The position numbers and the translations under genes were made by a program. A stretch of DNA of 64,000 bases from a virus (taxonomy: Duplodnaviria; Caudoviricetes): positions 56,528 through 120,527 of IMG/VR virus record IMGVR_UViG_2728369482_000003; one strand, 5' to 3'. Below are positions 37,100-46,014 of the stretch, in pieces (position 1 is the stretch's first letter; each line of letters starts with the position of its first letter). Under the pieces are notes generated by a model. The model did no database searches. It was not told the DNA's origin and saw only the letters and a program-made list of their open reading frames with translations.

Positions 37100-37447
37100 A
37101 TGACCTACAACATTCCTCCTTACCTCTACCGAATGGAGGGTGGTACGGTGACTATCTCCCTGCTAAGTAGCCCTTCGATCAACATTTTTGATTCGAGTCT
37201 GTTTGCCCCCGCCAGTTTCGTCAGCGGAACCAATATCCAGTCGGGCACGGGAAGTACTAGTTTTTCGATTCCGCACGGCCTGACGGGCACACCCAGTTTC
37301 TTTCAGGTGATGGCCAGTTCGGACGACGCCGATAACACCAACATTCGAAAGGTGACCGCAACGGCAACCAGTTTGATTATCAATTATAAAGTAGCACCAG
37401 CGATTGGTACTAACAACCTATCCTGGAGCTGGATGGCCCGCCTATGA
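37100..37447 (+). CDS. small tail fibre/lectin-like domain protein
   Basis: F.I.HGL..TP...ATATS..INY..AP..GTNN..W domain shared with the next ORF. Confidence 0.55.
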   Translation: MTYNIPPYLYRMEGGTVTISLLSSPSINIFDSSLFAPASFVSGTNIQSGTGSTSFSIPHGLTGTPSFFQVMASSDDADNTNIRKVTATATSLIINYKVAPAIGTNNLSWSWMARL

Positions 37448-37893
37448 TTACTGTTAACCTGGTTACCGATTTACGTACCCGAACGGGAACCCCGGCCAGC
37501 AATATTCTGACGCTGGGCAAAACCACCGCCGGAGACGGAATGGGTGGGATCTTTTACTGGGATAGTACGGATAGTACGACCAGTGACGATGCTATGAATA
37601 CCATCCAGGTAACGGGGCAATCCACCGGCCGCTGGAAACGGGTGCTGATTCCAGGATCCATCCAGAAAACCGGTTCGGTGCTGATGTCAGGGGGAGCCCT
37701 GCAGACCACATTTGGTATTACCCACAACCTGGGGGTTGTACCGTCCACTGTATTCCTCTCGGCTACCACGGCAGCCGCTTCCGGAGCCCGGTTTGTCACC
37801 AACAAAACGGCTACCCAGTTCATCGTCAACTACACGGCAGCTCCCGGAGCCGGTACCAACAACGTCGGTCTGGACTGGTTGGTAATTGCCTAA
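37444..37893 (+). CDS. tail fibre adaptor/lectin-like protein
   Basis: N-terminal GDGMGGIFYWD...DD...GRWKR tailspike-head module. The C-domain is paralogous to the preceding ORF. ATGA overlap. Confidence 0.6.
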   Translation: MITVNLVTDLRTRTGTPASNILTLGKTTAGDGMGGIFYWDSTDSTTSDDAMNTIQVTGQSTGRWKRVLIPGSIQKTGSVLMSGGALQTTFGITHNLGVVPSTVFLSATTAAASGARFVTNKTATQFIVNYTAAPGAGTNNVGLDWLVIA

Positions 37894-37905
37894 CTAACGG
37901 ATTAT

Positions 37906-37943
37906 AAAAAAAAGGCCAGCGAGGATTGTCCCCCGCTGGCTTT
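37906..37943. terminator. terminator between the convergent late and early arms
   Basis: A-tract, then gccagcg...cgctggc, then ttt. The U-tract is stronger on the minus strand. Confidence 0.65.
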
Positions 37944-37965
37944 CGGCATTCCTAGCAAACCAAAA

Positions 37966-38127
37966 CTAGATTAGAAATGGAATCCTGTACCGTTCGTACA
38001 GGTTTTTCAACTGATTCAGATATAATTGGTAGTCGGGATCCTGTTGTAGCTGGACCAGTCGTTTAGCTTCGTCGAGAATGTATTCGGTCCAGTCTCCGTC
38101 GTCAAAATCTGCTGCTTCTGTATTCAT
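37966..38127 (-). CDS. hypothetical 53 aa protein (not in ORF track)
   Basis: MNTEAADFDDGDWTEY...RIPFLI*, ATGA-coupled to the upstream ORF. Confidence 0.5.
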   Translation of the reverse strand: MNTEAADFDDGDWTEYILDEAKRLVQLQQDPDYQLYLNQLKNLYERYRIPFLI

Positions 38128-38414
38128 CCGACAAGGAGTAAATGGGATAAAGAGTTGAACTGTTTTGCCTGAAGCTGTTCCCGTAAATCGGCTCGTTCGG
38201 CTTTCAGGCTGATGATCTTTGCCGTGTGAGTGTTTACCAGCGTCCGTAGTTCGGCCAGTTTCATCTCCAGTCGGTGCTGATTCTGGAGCTGTTCTTTCAG
38301 GCCGGCTACCTGATGAAGCAAATACCGGTTGTGGCGGATATAGAACAGGTTCTGGTCGGTCAGCGAGAGCTGGTTAATGCTCAGCTCCCGGTTGTTGCAG
38401 GGTTGTTCCTCCAT
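38124..38414 (-). CDS. hypothetical coiled-coil protein
   Basis: 96 aa ORF in operon. Confidence 0.55.
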   Translation of the reverse strand: MEEQPCNNRELSINQLSLTDQNLFYIRHNRYLLHQVAGLKEQLQNQHRLEMKLAELRTLVNTHTAKIISLKAERADLREQLQAKQFNSLSHLLLVG

Positions 38415-38417
38415 TGA

Positions 38418-38723
38418 TCATGATTGAATAGGAAAGCTTTTCAAGGCTTCGATTTCTGATTCGTAATAACGCCCGGTCCAGGAATTGCTGTTGGTTTTCG
38501 GGTTATAGTTCCAGCTACCCAGGTGAAGATTATCGATGTATGAGAGAGGTTTACCTTCTTCCATCATCTGAATCAGGTAGTCAATCGACCGCTGGTGTTC
38601 ATAAAGAACACAGGCTATTTTAAACGAAAGAGCGTTTACCTGGGCTACCTTTTCGGGCTTCGTCGGTGGATCATACCCTTGTCCCAGGTGGTAGTATCCG
38701 ATCCAGATTTCGTAGTCATTCAT
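38418..38723 (-). CDS. hypothetical protein
   Basis: 101 aa ORF in operon. Confidence 0.6.
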   Translation of the reverse strand: MNDYEIWIGYYHLGQGYDPPTKPEKVAQVNALSFKIACVLYEHQRSIDYLIQMMEEGKPLSYIDNLHLGSWNYNPKTNSNSWTGRYYESEIEALKSFPIQS

Positions 38724-38735
38724 TGATGAGAACAG

Positions 38736-38888
38736 TTAATAATCGGTTTCAGCCTGATCTATTTCACACTCTTCGTATCCCTTTTTCCAGCTATTGAAGT
38801 GAAAATCTCGGATTAGTTTAAGTAACTGGTCAGGATCGGTTGTATTCAGAAAGGCCAGTAACCATTTTTGTTCTTCTTCTGCAGTCAT
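38736..38888 (-). CDS. hypothetical 50 aa protein (not in ORF track)
   Basis: MTAEEEQKWLLAFL...AETDY* fills the gap between neighbours. Confidence 0.45.
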   Translation of the reverse strand: MTAEEEQKWLLAFLNTTDPDQLLKLIRDFHFNSWKKGYEECEIDQAETDY

Positions 38889-39096
38889 CGACTAAATGAT
38901 ATTTAGGTGGTTTCGGTACGAAATAATCCCGGAGAGGATTAAGGTAGAATCGGACTACGGGTTCATGTTCAGGTCCTAATCGGAACTCACAGCCATACCA
39001 GAACATTAATCCTAAGCTTAGTAGTATCCCAATAAACAAGGCTTCCTGGTAAAGACAGGCAAATCGGTAGGCTACAGCCGTTAAAAAAGCTTTCAT
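38830..39096 (-). CDS. small membrane protein
   Basis: 88 aa with an N-terminal TM helix. Confidence 0.5.
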   Translation of the reverse strand: MKAFLTAVAYRFACLYQEALFIGILLSLGLMFWYGCEFRLGPEHEPVVRFYLNPLRDYFVPKPPKYHLVDDCRRRTKMVTGLSEYNRS

Positions 39097-39170
39097 GGGT
39101 TAAATCCAGTGTGAATAAGTATCTTTGTTATAACCGGTACAGTAAGTTCCGGGTGGATAAATTACGGGAC

Positions 39171-39205
39171 GAAGCCTGGTCGATTGAACCAGGCTTCACT
39201 TTTTT
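39171..39205 (+). terminator. plus-strand intrinsic terminator inside the minus-strand arm
   Basis: gaagcctggt-7nt-accaggcttc-ac-T6. No U-tract on the minus strand. Confidence 0.65.
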
Positions 39206-40110
39206 CAGATACCCAACAGCGTCAGTCCCTTCTGTAGAATAGTTTGGTAATCACTCCCCTCCGGACCCGTTACCTTGATCGTTATCCCACAGCTCTGCCC
39301 GTCGATAGTCCAGTCCAGATCGACCGACTTGAGCAATTCTACATCGGCTTGGGGTTCAACGGTTCCCATATTCATTCCATTGGGAGTTGGACCGTTCGGA
39401 ACAAACTTAACGTAGGAACCCATATTCGGATCAGCTGGAGCTAATTCAGTGGTTGTCGTCGGAACTGTAAACGAAGACCAATCAGTCCTGGCATAGTTAG
39501 ACGATGTTGTTTGTTCAGTTACCACTATATCCCGAAGTTTATCCAGTTGATCTTTTGTGTCCTGGATACCCAAAGCAAGTTCAAACTCTTCTGGTGTTGG
39601 TTTGCTTTCTAGGCCCAGCTTTTGCCGGATTTCGGGTAGATGGGTATTGGTTACAAACGGTTCAACGTTTGCAGCCGGTTGTTCAGCAATAATATCCCCC
39701 TTTTTCTTACAACCACTCCCCCCGGAATACCCCAACCGGATATACCGTTCTTCCAGCATTTCAGTATACAACCGTTTGATTCGTTCCTGGGTCAGGTGTC
39801 CGGCCAGCGTAGTCAGCCGATATTCCCGGTTACGGGTACTGGTTCCGTGTACCTCGATAAACTTTTTGTTAACCAATAACTTAAAAAACGACCCGTCCAT
39901 CGAACAGGATTTAAGTAGCTCACTGACCACTAGTGGCTTATAGGTAAACTCGTTGAGTTCGGTTCGAATCGTCTTCATAAACCGCTCGTAGTTTACCGAT
40001 CCCCGTTTCTGACGAGAATTCGATTCCCCGGAAACCGGCAGAGCAGTTACTTTGGCCGTCAGGGTATTGTTGAGCAGGGCTCCGGGATTGATAGAAGCAG
40101 TAGGAATCAT
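39205..40110 (-). CDS. hypothetical protein, possible winged-helix N-terminal region
   Basis: 301 aa. LVNKKFIEV...YRLT resembles a wing motif. Confidence 0.55.
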   Translation of the reverse strand: MIPTASINPGALLNNTLTAKVTALPVSGESNSRQKRGSVNYERFMKTIRTELNEFTYKPLVVSELLKSCSMDGSFFKLLVNKKFIEVHGTSTRNREYRLTTLAGHLTQERIKRLYTEMLEERYIRLGYSGGSGCKKKGDIIAEQPAANVEPFVTNTHLPEIRQKLGLESKPTPEEFELALGIQDTKDQLDKLRDIVVTEQTTSSNYARTDWSSFTVPTTTTELAPADPNMGSYVKFVPNGPTPNGMNMGTVEPQADVELLKSVDLDWTIDGQSCGITIKVTGPEGSDYQTILQKGLTLLGI

Positions 40111-40574
40111 AGGGGTTCAGGTAAAATAGTGGCTAAGTCAGGAGCTGAATACGTATAAGGTTTAAGGACTTTACCGTCAGAAGACCGTCGCAGTACCCAG
40201 CGGTTACCAACCGGAAGCAACTCACTGGTAATCCCTTTCAGATAATATCCGTTCTGGCTGATAACTCCCTCGGCTTCACTGGTAACCGTCTTACTCATAT
40301 TCGACCGCTGTACTTCGTTCCAGCCCGTTTGAGCCAGCTCACCCAGTCCCAGGTCTAGAATGGTTCCGCAGGCCACGTAAATCAGATCCAGCAGGCCATC
40401 GAAGGTTTCTACCAGATCATTGCTTTGGGCCGCCTGATTCAACTCGTCCAGCTCTTCCTGGAGTAAGCCCACGTGTAAACGGTGATCGATCTGATGGGGT
40501 AAACGGGGCTTATCACCAATAGGTAAGCCCATAGCCGCCCGGAAAGCGGCTACGTCAGCTAGTAATTGTTCCAT
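40107..40574 (-). CDS. MazG-like nucleoside triphosphate pyrophosphohydrolase
   Basis: LLQEELDEL...ETFDGLLDLIYV...EVQRSNMSK...DGKVLKP. Confidence 0.85.
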   Translation of the reverse strand: MEQLLADVAAFRAAMGLPIGDKPRLPHQIDHRLHVGLLQEELDELNQAAQSNDLVETFDGLLDLIYVACGTILDLGLGELAQTGWNEVQRSNMSKTVTSEAEGVISQNGYYLKGITSELLPVGNRWVLRRSSDGKVLKPYTYSAPDLATILPEPL

Positions 40575-40939
40575 TAATCTAAAACAGGTAAGTGGATACG
40601 GGCCTGTTGCTCAGCTAAAAACTGGAGCAGCTCGTGGGTAAATTCACCCTTGTCCTGGGTGGACGGAATAATCAGGTAGACAGCTTCCAGTTGGTCGAGC
40701 AACTGACGAACTTGACCCTGATGGACCGAATACGGCTGGGTACTGACTTCCCAATAGTCGGTATTGACCCGAATGGTCATGTTGGGTTGCAACGGTAGGG
40801 GAATCCGGATTTTGTGTTTATTCCGCCAGGCCAGGCAGTACTCAGAGCTAACCGTACCTACCAGATAGGTTCGGTACTGAATCGGCTGACCGGGGATTCG
40901 TTTCCGCAAATAAAGCGGCTGTTCAGGCAGCAGGGACAT
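40574..40939 (-). CDS. hypothetical protein
   Basis: Start placed at MSLLPEQ (40939) to avoid a long overlap. Confidence 0.55.
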   Translation of the reverse strand: MSLLPEQPLYLRKRIPGQPIQYRTYLVGTVSSEYCLAWRNKHKIRIPLPLQPNMTIRVNTDYWEVSTQPYSVHQGQVRQLLDQLEAVYLIIPSTQDKGEFTHELLQFLAEQQARIHLPVLD

Positions 40940-41270
40940 ACTGCGTTTGGTTATGAACCGTGAGTTGCCGGGCCAGTTCGGGATTCTGGGCTTTAAGGGT
41001 TTCCAGCTGCTCGGCTCCCCGGCGGGCATTCCGGATGACTTCCTGCCAGCGACCATCTTCCTGACCCAGCCGGTAGACGACCTGTAGCAGAAACTCCAGG
41101 GGATCGGCCTGGGGACTACTCAACGTAGTTCGGATCGAATCAGCAAATTGCAGATCAGTATATTGCAGTTCAGGCCCCCGGTAGTGGTAAGTCTCTTTGA
41201 CAGGCGTTAGCTGATACATGGACCGGATTGCCCGGCGGATATGGGTAACGGGATGAACCGTAGTGGCCAT
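40923..41270 (-). CDS. hypothetical protein
   Basis: 115 aa ORF in operon. Confidence 0.55.
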   Translation of the reverse strand: MATTVHPVTHIRRAIRSMYQLTPVKETYHYRGPELQYTDLQFADSIRTTLSSPQADPLEFLLQVVYRLGQEDGRWQEVIRNARRGAEQLETLKAQNPELARQLTVHNQTQYVPAA

Positions 41271-41299
41271 AGTGTGAGTGGAGTGAACCAGTGGAAGAA

Positions 41300-41815
41300 T
41301 CAGGCCGCTGAATCAGGGCTGGAAGCTGCTTGAGCAAGCAGGGAATCAACCTCGTCCTGGGTATAGACTTTTTTACCCTGTAGCAGGTTGTTCAGAATAA
41401 TCCACAGATCAGTTAGCTCCACGGGAGATGACTGCAGGTAGATCTGACTAAAGTTACGAAAAATTTCGAATTCCGTATCAATTTCTTCCGTTACGGCATC
41501 CGTATTGGCCCGGTTATCATCCGCCAGATCAACCAGTTTAGGATGGGTCAGGGTACGAATCTGTTCCGCCTGGGCCAGAATTGGTTTATTGGCTTCGACC
41601 AGTTCCCGGATCAGAAATCGGTTCCGTTTGGTATAGAACTGGTTATCCGTCTTAAACATCCGGCTGACGTAATCCAGCAAATACGAGCAGAGTACAGCAA
41701 CTCCGTATGCTTTGATCACAGCCGGGGAGTAATTGACCTTGCTCAGGGCTTTACGGGGATTAATTGTTACCAGAGGTTTACCCGTTCCTCCCGTTGTTGG
41801 TGGTATCCGGTTCAT
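41300..41815 (-). CDS. hypothetical protein
   Basis: 171 aa helical ORF with coupled overlap. Confidence 0.6.
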   Translation of the reverse strand: MNRIPPTTGGTGKPLVTINPRKALSKVNYSPAVIKAYGVAVLCSYLLDYVSRMFKTDNQFYTKRNRFLIRELVEANKPILAQAEQIRTLTHPKLVDLADDNRANTDAVTEEIDTEFEIFRNFSQIYLQSSPVELTDLWIILNNLLQGKKVYTQDEVDSLLAQAASSPDSAA

Positions 41816-42474
41816 AATTCGACTATTATTGGTTTGTGAACGGGTCGATACTGCTCGTTAATCAGACTGGCATTGACGAATCGTTTCCAAACAGTGTTCC
41901 CAATTTCCCAGCATCCTTCACCCCGGGCTTCGTGGATATGACCGCAGACATGGAGCTTGAGTTGATTCATATCGGCTATTCGTTCGTGAAGGGCTTCACA
42001 ACCAGCCCGAATTCCATCAACCGTTTCGTCCAGTATGTCGTGCACCGGCCCGTGAGTAACCAGTATGTTTGTTTCTTCGGGAATCATGTCCCAGAGAATT
42101 CTGGACGGTTCTCCTCGCCTAACCATCCAGAACCAGTTCCAGAAAGCCGGGCTGTAATTTGATCCCCAGAACTTTACCCCATCGATCGTTACCTGCCGGT
42201 GGTGTAGATAAGTTACTTCGGGAAACTCGGCTACCAGGTTATCGAACAGAACCGGATATTTCTCGGGGAATTCATCGTGGTTACCGCAGATAAACAGCTT
42301 ATTGGGAATATGAGTAAACCCGGCATACCAGTTTAAAAAGGAGCTACAGTCCTGAACGGTTCCATGCCGAGTAAAGTCACCGGCATGAATCAGTACGTCG
42401 GCTTCTAGTTCATTGATAACCTGAGTAAACTGGTTATGAAATCCGTGGGTATCGGAAATACAAACGATCTTCAT
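41812..42474 (-). CDS. calcineurin-like metallophosphoesterase
   Basis: ISDTH, HAGD, GNHD, THGP and GHIHE motifs. Confidence 0.9.
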   Translation of the reverse strand: MKIVCISDTHGFHNQFTQVINELEADVLIHAGDFTRHGTVQDCSSFLNWYAGFTHIPNKLFICGNHDEFPEKYPVLFDNLVAEFPEVTYLHHRQVTIDGVKFWGSNYSPAFWNWFWMVRRGEPSRILWDMIPEETNILVTHGPVHDILDETVDGIRAGCEALHERIADMNQLKLHVCGHIHEARGEGCWEIGNTVWKRFVNASLINEQYRPVHKPIIVEL

Positions 42475-43373
42475 CAGGCAGCCTGTTTAAAACCGGTGTG
42501 TTCCTGAATCGTCCGGAACATCAGGGCTTCCAGTAGTAGAAAGTAATTAACCAGGTCCTTACTCCGTTCCTGTAGCAGATCAACTGGTGGTAATACCCCG
42601 TTCTCCAGATCGACGATCATATCCTTCATCGAGGTAATCTGCTTGCTGACCATACCCCACAGAGCCCGTTCGGGTAACTGATCATTCATCCGGCCCGTCG
42701 AATCGAAGTTGTGGAACACATTCCCACCCTTCCGGTACTCGACCCCTTTCTGAACCATGCTCAATCGAACCCGCTCAAAGCGGTTTTCCAGGAACCGGCC
42801 AAAACCTTCAGCAGTCGATAGATCCAGTCCTTCCATCGAGATGGGTTCGGGAGCCAGTGAGTTTAGTACCACTATCGGAGTTTCCGGTTCTTCGTTGAAG
42901 ATCTGAGGATACTCATCTTCAGTAACGGGTATCAAACTAACATCGTCCGGGTCCTGCAGACGGGTTTCATCAGATAACCAGTCGGGTAAACCAGAAACAA
43001 CCGTGTGAGCCTGGCTTACCGGTACTGTAGTCATGGGATTGCTCCATAGTTTATCCTGCTGATCCTGAGGTAAACTGTTCAGACCGGTAAATGGGGTGAA
43101 GTTCTCGGGCTCAAACTTGTATTTGACGCAGGGTGAGAAATTCTGAATGACTTTAAAGTCGGATTTGACGGGTCGATGATTCAGCCGGTATACTGTTTCC
43201 TGAATACAGACAAACGTGTTTTCCGGTTGGTATTCTTTCTCGAAGATAGTGACTACCTGATGAGTCTTGGAAAAGCTTTTCCGGTTGTCGATAAGTTTAA
43301 ACGGAATCTGACTTCGGGTGAATAACGGAGCAAACTGCTGGGTAAACTGCTGGGGTGTAACTAGCGTGGCCAT
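42474..43373 (-). CDS. protein with C-terminal DUF1599-like (all-alpha NTP-PPase-like) domain
   Basis: KGVEY...N.FHNF...LWGMVSKQ...DLVNY.LLL in the C-terminal ~110 aa. Confidence 0.55.
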   Translation of the reverse strand: MATLVTPQQFTQQFAPLFTRSQIPFKLIDNRKSFSKTHQVVTIFEKEYQPENTFVCIQETVYRLNHRPVKSDFKVIQNFSPCVKYKFEPENFTPFTGLNSLPQDQQDKLWSNPMTTVPVSQAHTVVSGLPDWLSDETRLQDPDDVSLIPVTEDEYPQIFNEEPETPIVVLNSLAPEPISMEGLDLSTAEGFGRFLENRFERVRLSMVQKGVEYRKGGNVFHNFDSTGRMNDQLPERALWGMVSKQITSMKDMIVDLENGVLPPVDLLQERSKDLVNYFLLLEALMFRTIQEHTGFKQAA

Positions 43374-43383
43374 GAACTAAAAA

Positions 43384-44298
43384 TCAGGCAAATTGAATGG
43401 ATTGCTCGGCCTGTAGCCGGGAGAAGACATTGGTAACCAGCGGTGTATTGTTCTGGCTAAACCAGGAGGAATGATTCAGGCAGTGAATCGTATGAGCTGG
43501 GTTGATCTGAGTAGCCAGCTTACCAGCTACCGGACCCCAGAGTACCCAACTGAGCTGAACCTGCCGGTTGAGCACGGGGATTACCTGGGCTATAAACGAA
43601 GACCACAACAGTACGTGGCCGTTGGGATCGGAATCCGGACTGGTAAGGGCCGCCGAGAGCAGCATGACCCCGGATTTCCGCAGTGAAACTAACGATTTTT
43701 CCAGACTAAACCCAGTCTCCAGCCCCAGATCATCCCGGATTCCCTGTTGCAGGACCAGTAACTCCTCGGGTAAACTACCCTGCTCGACGGCAAAGGATAA
43801 CCCACAGGCCTGAGAAGATGGGTACGGAGCCGTGTTGATCCAGATGGAACGGAGACTGGACAGGGGTTGAAGAAAAGCTCGGAACAATTGAGGACTTTCG
43901 GGATAAATGGTCTGGGTAGCCCGTTGCCGTTTGACCTGGGAAAGAATGAGCTTGAAGGAGTCTGAGTAGAGATACTCTCCCAGTTCGTTGAGCCAGCTGT
44001 AATGAAACCGTTTGAGAATTTCCCGCTGGTAGGGAGAGATTTCCCAGTTGGGATTTTCTTTTTCGGCCTGGATACTGACAAACAGGTAATCCGGGTCATT
44101 CACCTGTTTTACGTAACCTTCCAGCACGAATGGAGCCACTAGCTCATACCGATGACCGGTGGGATCGAACAACAGCAGATTCTTTTCCAGCTCGATGGCT
44201 TTCAGTAATTCGGGTACCGGCAACCGGTTCCAGCGGCTATCGAAGCAATCAGCTCCCAGTAAATAGCTCTCAGTCAGTTTGATTTGACCGGAACTCAT
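43384..44298 (-). CDS. uracil-DNA glycosylase (UNG family 1)-like protein with degenerate catalytic motifs and an N-terminal extension
   Basis: IYP...FRAF, NTAPY (for GQDPY), GLSF, GVMLLSAALT, H..LW..F, VLWG..A and HSSW (for HPSP). Confidence 0.75.
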   Translation of the reverse strand: MSSGQIKLTESYLLGADCFDSRWNRLPVPELLKAIELEKNLLLFDPTGHRYELVAPFVLEGYVKQVNDPDYLFVSIQAEKENPNWEISPYQREILKRFHYSWLNELGEYLYSDSFKLILSQVKRQRATQTIYPESPQLFRAFLQPLSSLRSIWINTAPYPSSQACGLSFAVEQGSLPEELLVLQQGIRDDLGLETGFSLEKSLVSLRKSGVMLLSAALTSPDSDPNGHVLLWSSFIAQVIPVLNRQVQLSWVLWGPVAGKLATQINPAHTIHCLNHSSWFSQNNTPLVTNVFSRLQAEQSIQFA

Positions 44299-44678
44299 TT
44301 GTGAAATGATTGTAGGTACGTTCTCATTCGGTCGTAGTCCGATAAAGACATGGTTTGCTTGAACGGTTTTATTGCCGATTGATCTAGTTCTAGTTCATCG
44401 AAGTCGAATACAGGCAGTAAACCTTCTAATACCAGGTAGGTATCGTATTGGATTACTTCGACGTATTCTCCATCACAATCAAATTGACCACAGGTACAAT
44501 TGATTAATGGTAACCAGCTTCGGTCAAATCGGTGTTCAACCTTTGTCAAATCAAAGACCTCCAGGAAATGGTCCGGGTTGAACTGAGTCTTTAGCTTTTG
44601 TTCCCCGAAAACCAGTACAACGTAATCCTGTTCTTCGTAGCTGGTATAGTTCTCCCGTTCAATCTGTACTTCCATCAA
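44295..44678 (-). CDS. hypothetical protein with CxCGxxxC motif
   Basis: 127 aa, CTCGQFDC. Confidence 0.55.
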   Translation of the reverse strand: MMEVQIERENYTSYEEQDYVVLVFGEQKLKTQFNPDHFLEVFDLTKVEHRFDRSWLPLINCTCGQFDCDGEYVEVIQYDTYLVLEGLLPVFDFDELELDQSAIKPFKQTMSLSDYDRMRTYLQSFHK

Positions 44679-45043
44679 ACTTCAGTTAGTTGTTCTTCGG
44701 TGTACCGTTCAGCAGCCCGTTTACAGGAAGCCATTCGATGGTTTTTCAGGTCATCGGCAAAGTTCTGATTCATCTGATCCACTCGGTAAGCCTTTCGACC
44801 ACCAAAGTATACCACGGCTTGTTGTTTACAAACAATAACTGTGGTGTAAGCCTGTGTAATTGCTGATCCACCCATACCACCAAAGCCAAGGGCTGTAGAA
44901 CCCCAGGTTTGTTGGAAATGGTAACAGTTGATGTCTCCCTGGTACGGACGACGTCCCTGGTCATTGGGTAATAGGTCAACAGCCAGGGCGGTATACACTG
45001 CCTGAGCTAAACTTTCAACGGGATTATCAGCGGTTAGAGCCAT
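44675..45043 (-). CDS. conserved-looking hypothetical protein
   Basis: 122 aa with a QTWGSTALGFGGMGG.A.T.AYT glycine motif. Confidence 0.65.
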   Translation of the reverse strand: MALTADNPVESLAQAVYTALAVDLLPNDQGRRPYQGDINCYHFQQTWGSTALGFGGMGGSAITQAYTTVIVCKQQAVVYFGGRKAYRVDQMNQNFADDLKNHRMASCKRAAERYTEEQLTEV

Positions 45044-45284
45044 TGGTTGATTGGGCTAATAAGGTGGGGAAACGATCGGGTCGTTTGGTTGGATCGACGG
45101 TAACTTCAAATTTCAGGGTAGTCAGGTCATATCCCCGCTCTTCCAGTTCTTTCCTAAGGTCATCATTGATTACCTTCCAGAAGAGATAATGTAAATCAGA
45201 TTTGGTCGAAATACCCAAGGGGTAATAGCCCATGAAGTCTTTCTCCCGTTTACTCCATTTAACCCGGAGTTTGTTATCAGTCAT
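45027..45284 (-). CDS. hypothetical protein
   Basis: 85 aa, ELEERGYDLTTLKF. Confidence 0.6.
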   Translation of the reverse strand: MTDNKLRVKWSKREKDFMGYYPLGISTKSDLHYLFWKVINDDLRKELEERGYDLTTLKFEVTVDPTKRPDRFPTLLAQSTNGSNR

Positions 45285-45517
45285 TGCGGTTTGATAAAAG
45301 CCGTGAGCCGGTCGATAAAGCCCGGAAGGTCCTCGGTAGGAATTTCCAGTTTACAATCCTTGACCGGCCCGTTTGGATTCACTGGAATCAGCATAACCCG
45401 GCTACGGGGAGAATCCGGGTGGGATTCGATCAGATCAACGGCGGAAATGGTTCCGTAACCATCCCGGCCATTATATCCCGCTGTCAGCTTGCGGGACAGA
45501 TTCAGTCTGTTTAGCAT
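45281..45517 (-). CDS. hypothetical protein
   Basis: 78 aa with ATGA coupling. Confidence 0.55.
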   Translation of the reverse strand: MLNRLNLSRKLTAGYNGRDGYGTISAVDLIESHPDSPRSRVMLIPVNPNGPVKDCKLEIPTEDLPGFIDRLTAFIKPQ

Positions 45518-45752
45518 GGTAGTGTGCTGAGAAGACTTTGAACAGGAATTGAAGGGAATCTAAATCAGGGAGAGTTCCTTCAGAGTATTGACTATTGATC
45601 TGTTCCTCAAATAAATGCCCTAGTTCTTTGGTTGTGGTAGCTATTAACCTAGTAGGATCATACAGTAAATCTCCTGGCTTTCTTGGAGAGCCAGAAAGAC
45701 ACCGCACCCATTTATAATGCCGGTATAGATACCACTGTCTCGGGTACTGCAT
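45471..45752 (-). CDS. small paralogue family member 1 (LxFLxKVF)
   Basis: Start placed at MQYPRQ. C-terminal LDSLQFLFKVFSA. Confidence 0.55.
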   Translation of the reverse strand: MQYPRQWYLYRHYKWVRCLSGSPRKPGDLLYDPTRLIATTTKELGHLFEEQINSQYSEGTLPDLDSLQFLFKVFSAHYHAKQTESVPQADSGI

Positions 45753-46014
45753 TGCTCCAGAGTTCATCCTCATTTTCATTTGTTATTTCAATTGTACCGA
45801 AAGGACTCCCCGGAATCGGCTCTAGTACTACTGATGTATCAAAGAGTGTTTCAGCAGCAGCCGTATCTATCCCGTCCTGACAGTCCCAATTATCAGGATT
45901 GTCCGAGCTGCTTAACTTGGCTACAGCCTCTTCTTCGGTTTCAGCTTCAACGGCTACTCGGTATCGGAGCCAGACTTCTACTTTTTCGTCTCTAATCAGA
46001 TTAAACGTTGGCAT
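45712..46014 (-). CDS. acidic hypothetical protein
   Basis: 100 aa, VEAETEEEA motif common in small phage proteins. Confidence 0.55.
   Translation of the reverse strand: MPTFNLIRDEKVEVWLRYRVAVEAETEEEAVAKLSSSDNPDNWDCQDGIDTAAAETLFDTSVVLEPIPGSPFGTIEITNENEDELWSNAVPETVVSIPAL

Noticed and set aside
32924-37893. Diversity-generating retroelement or invertible tail-fibre cassette
   Set aside because: No reverse transcriptase, recombinase or near-identical nucleotide repeats seen. The similarities are only at the protein level.
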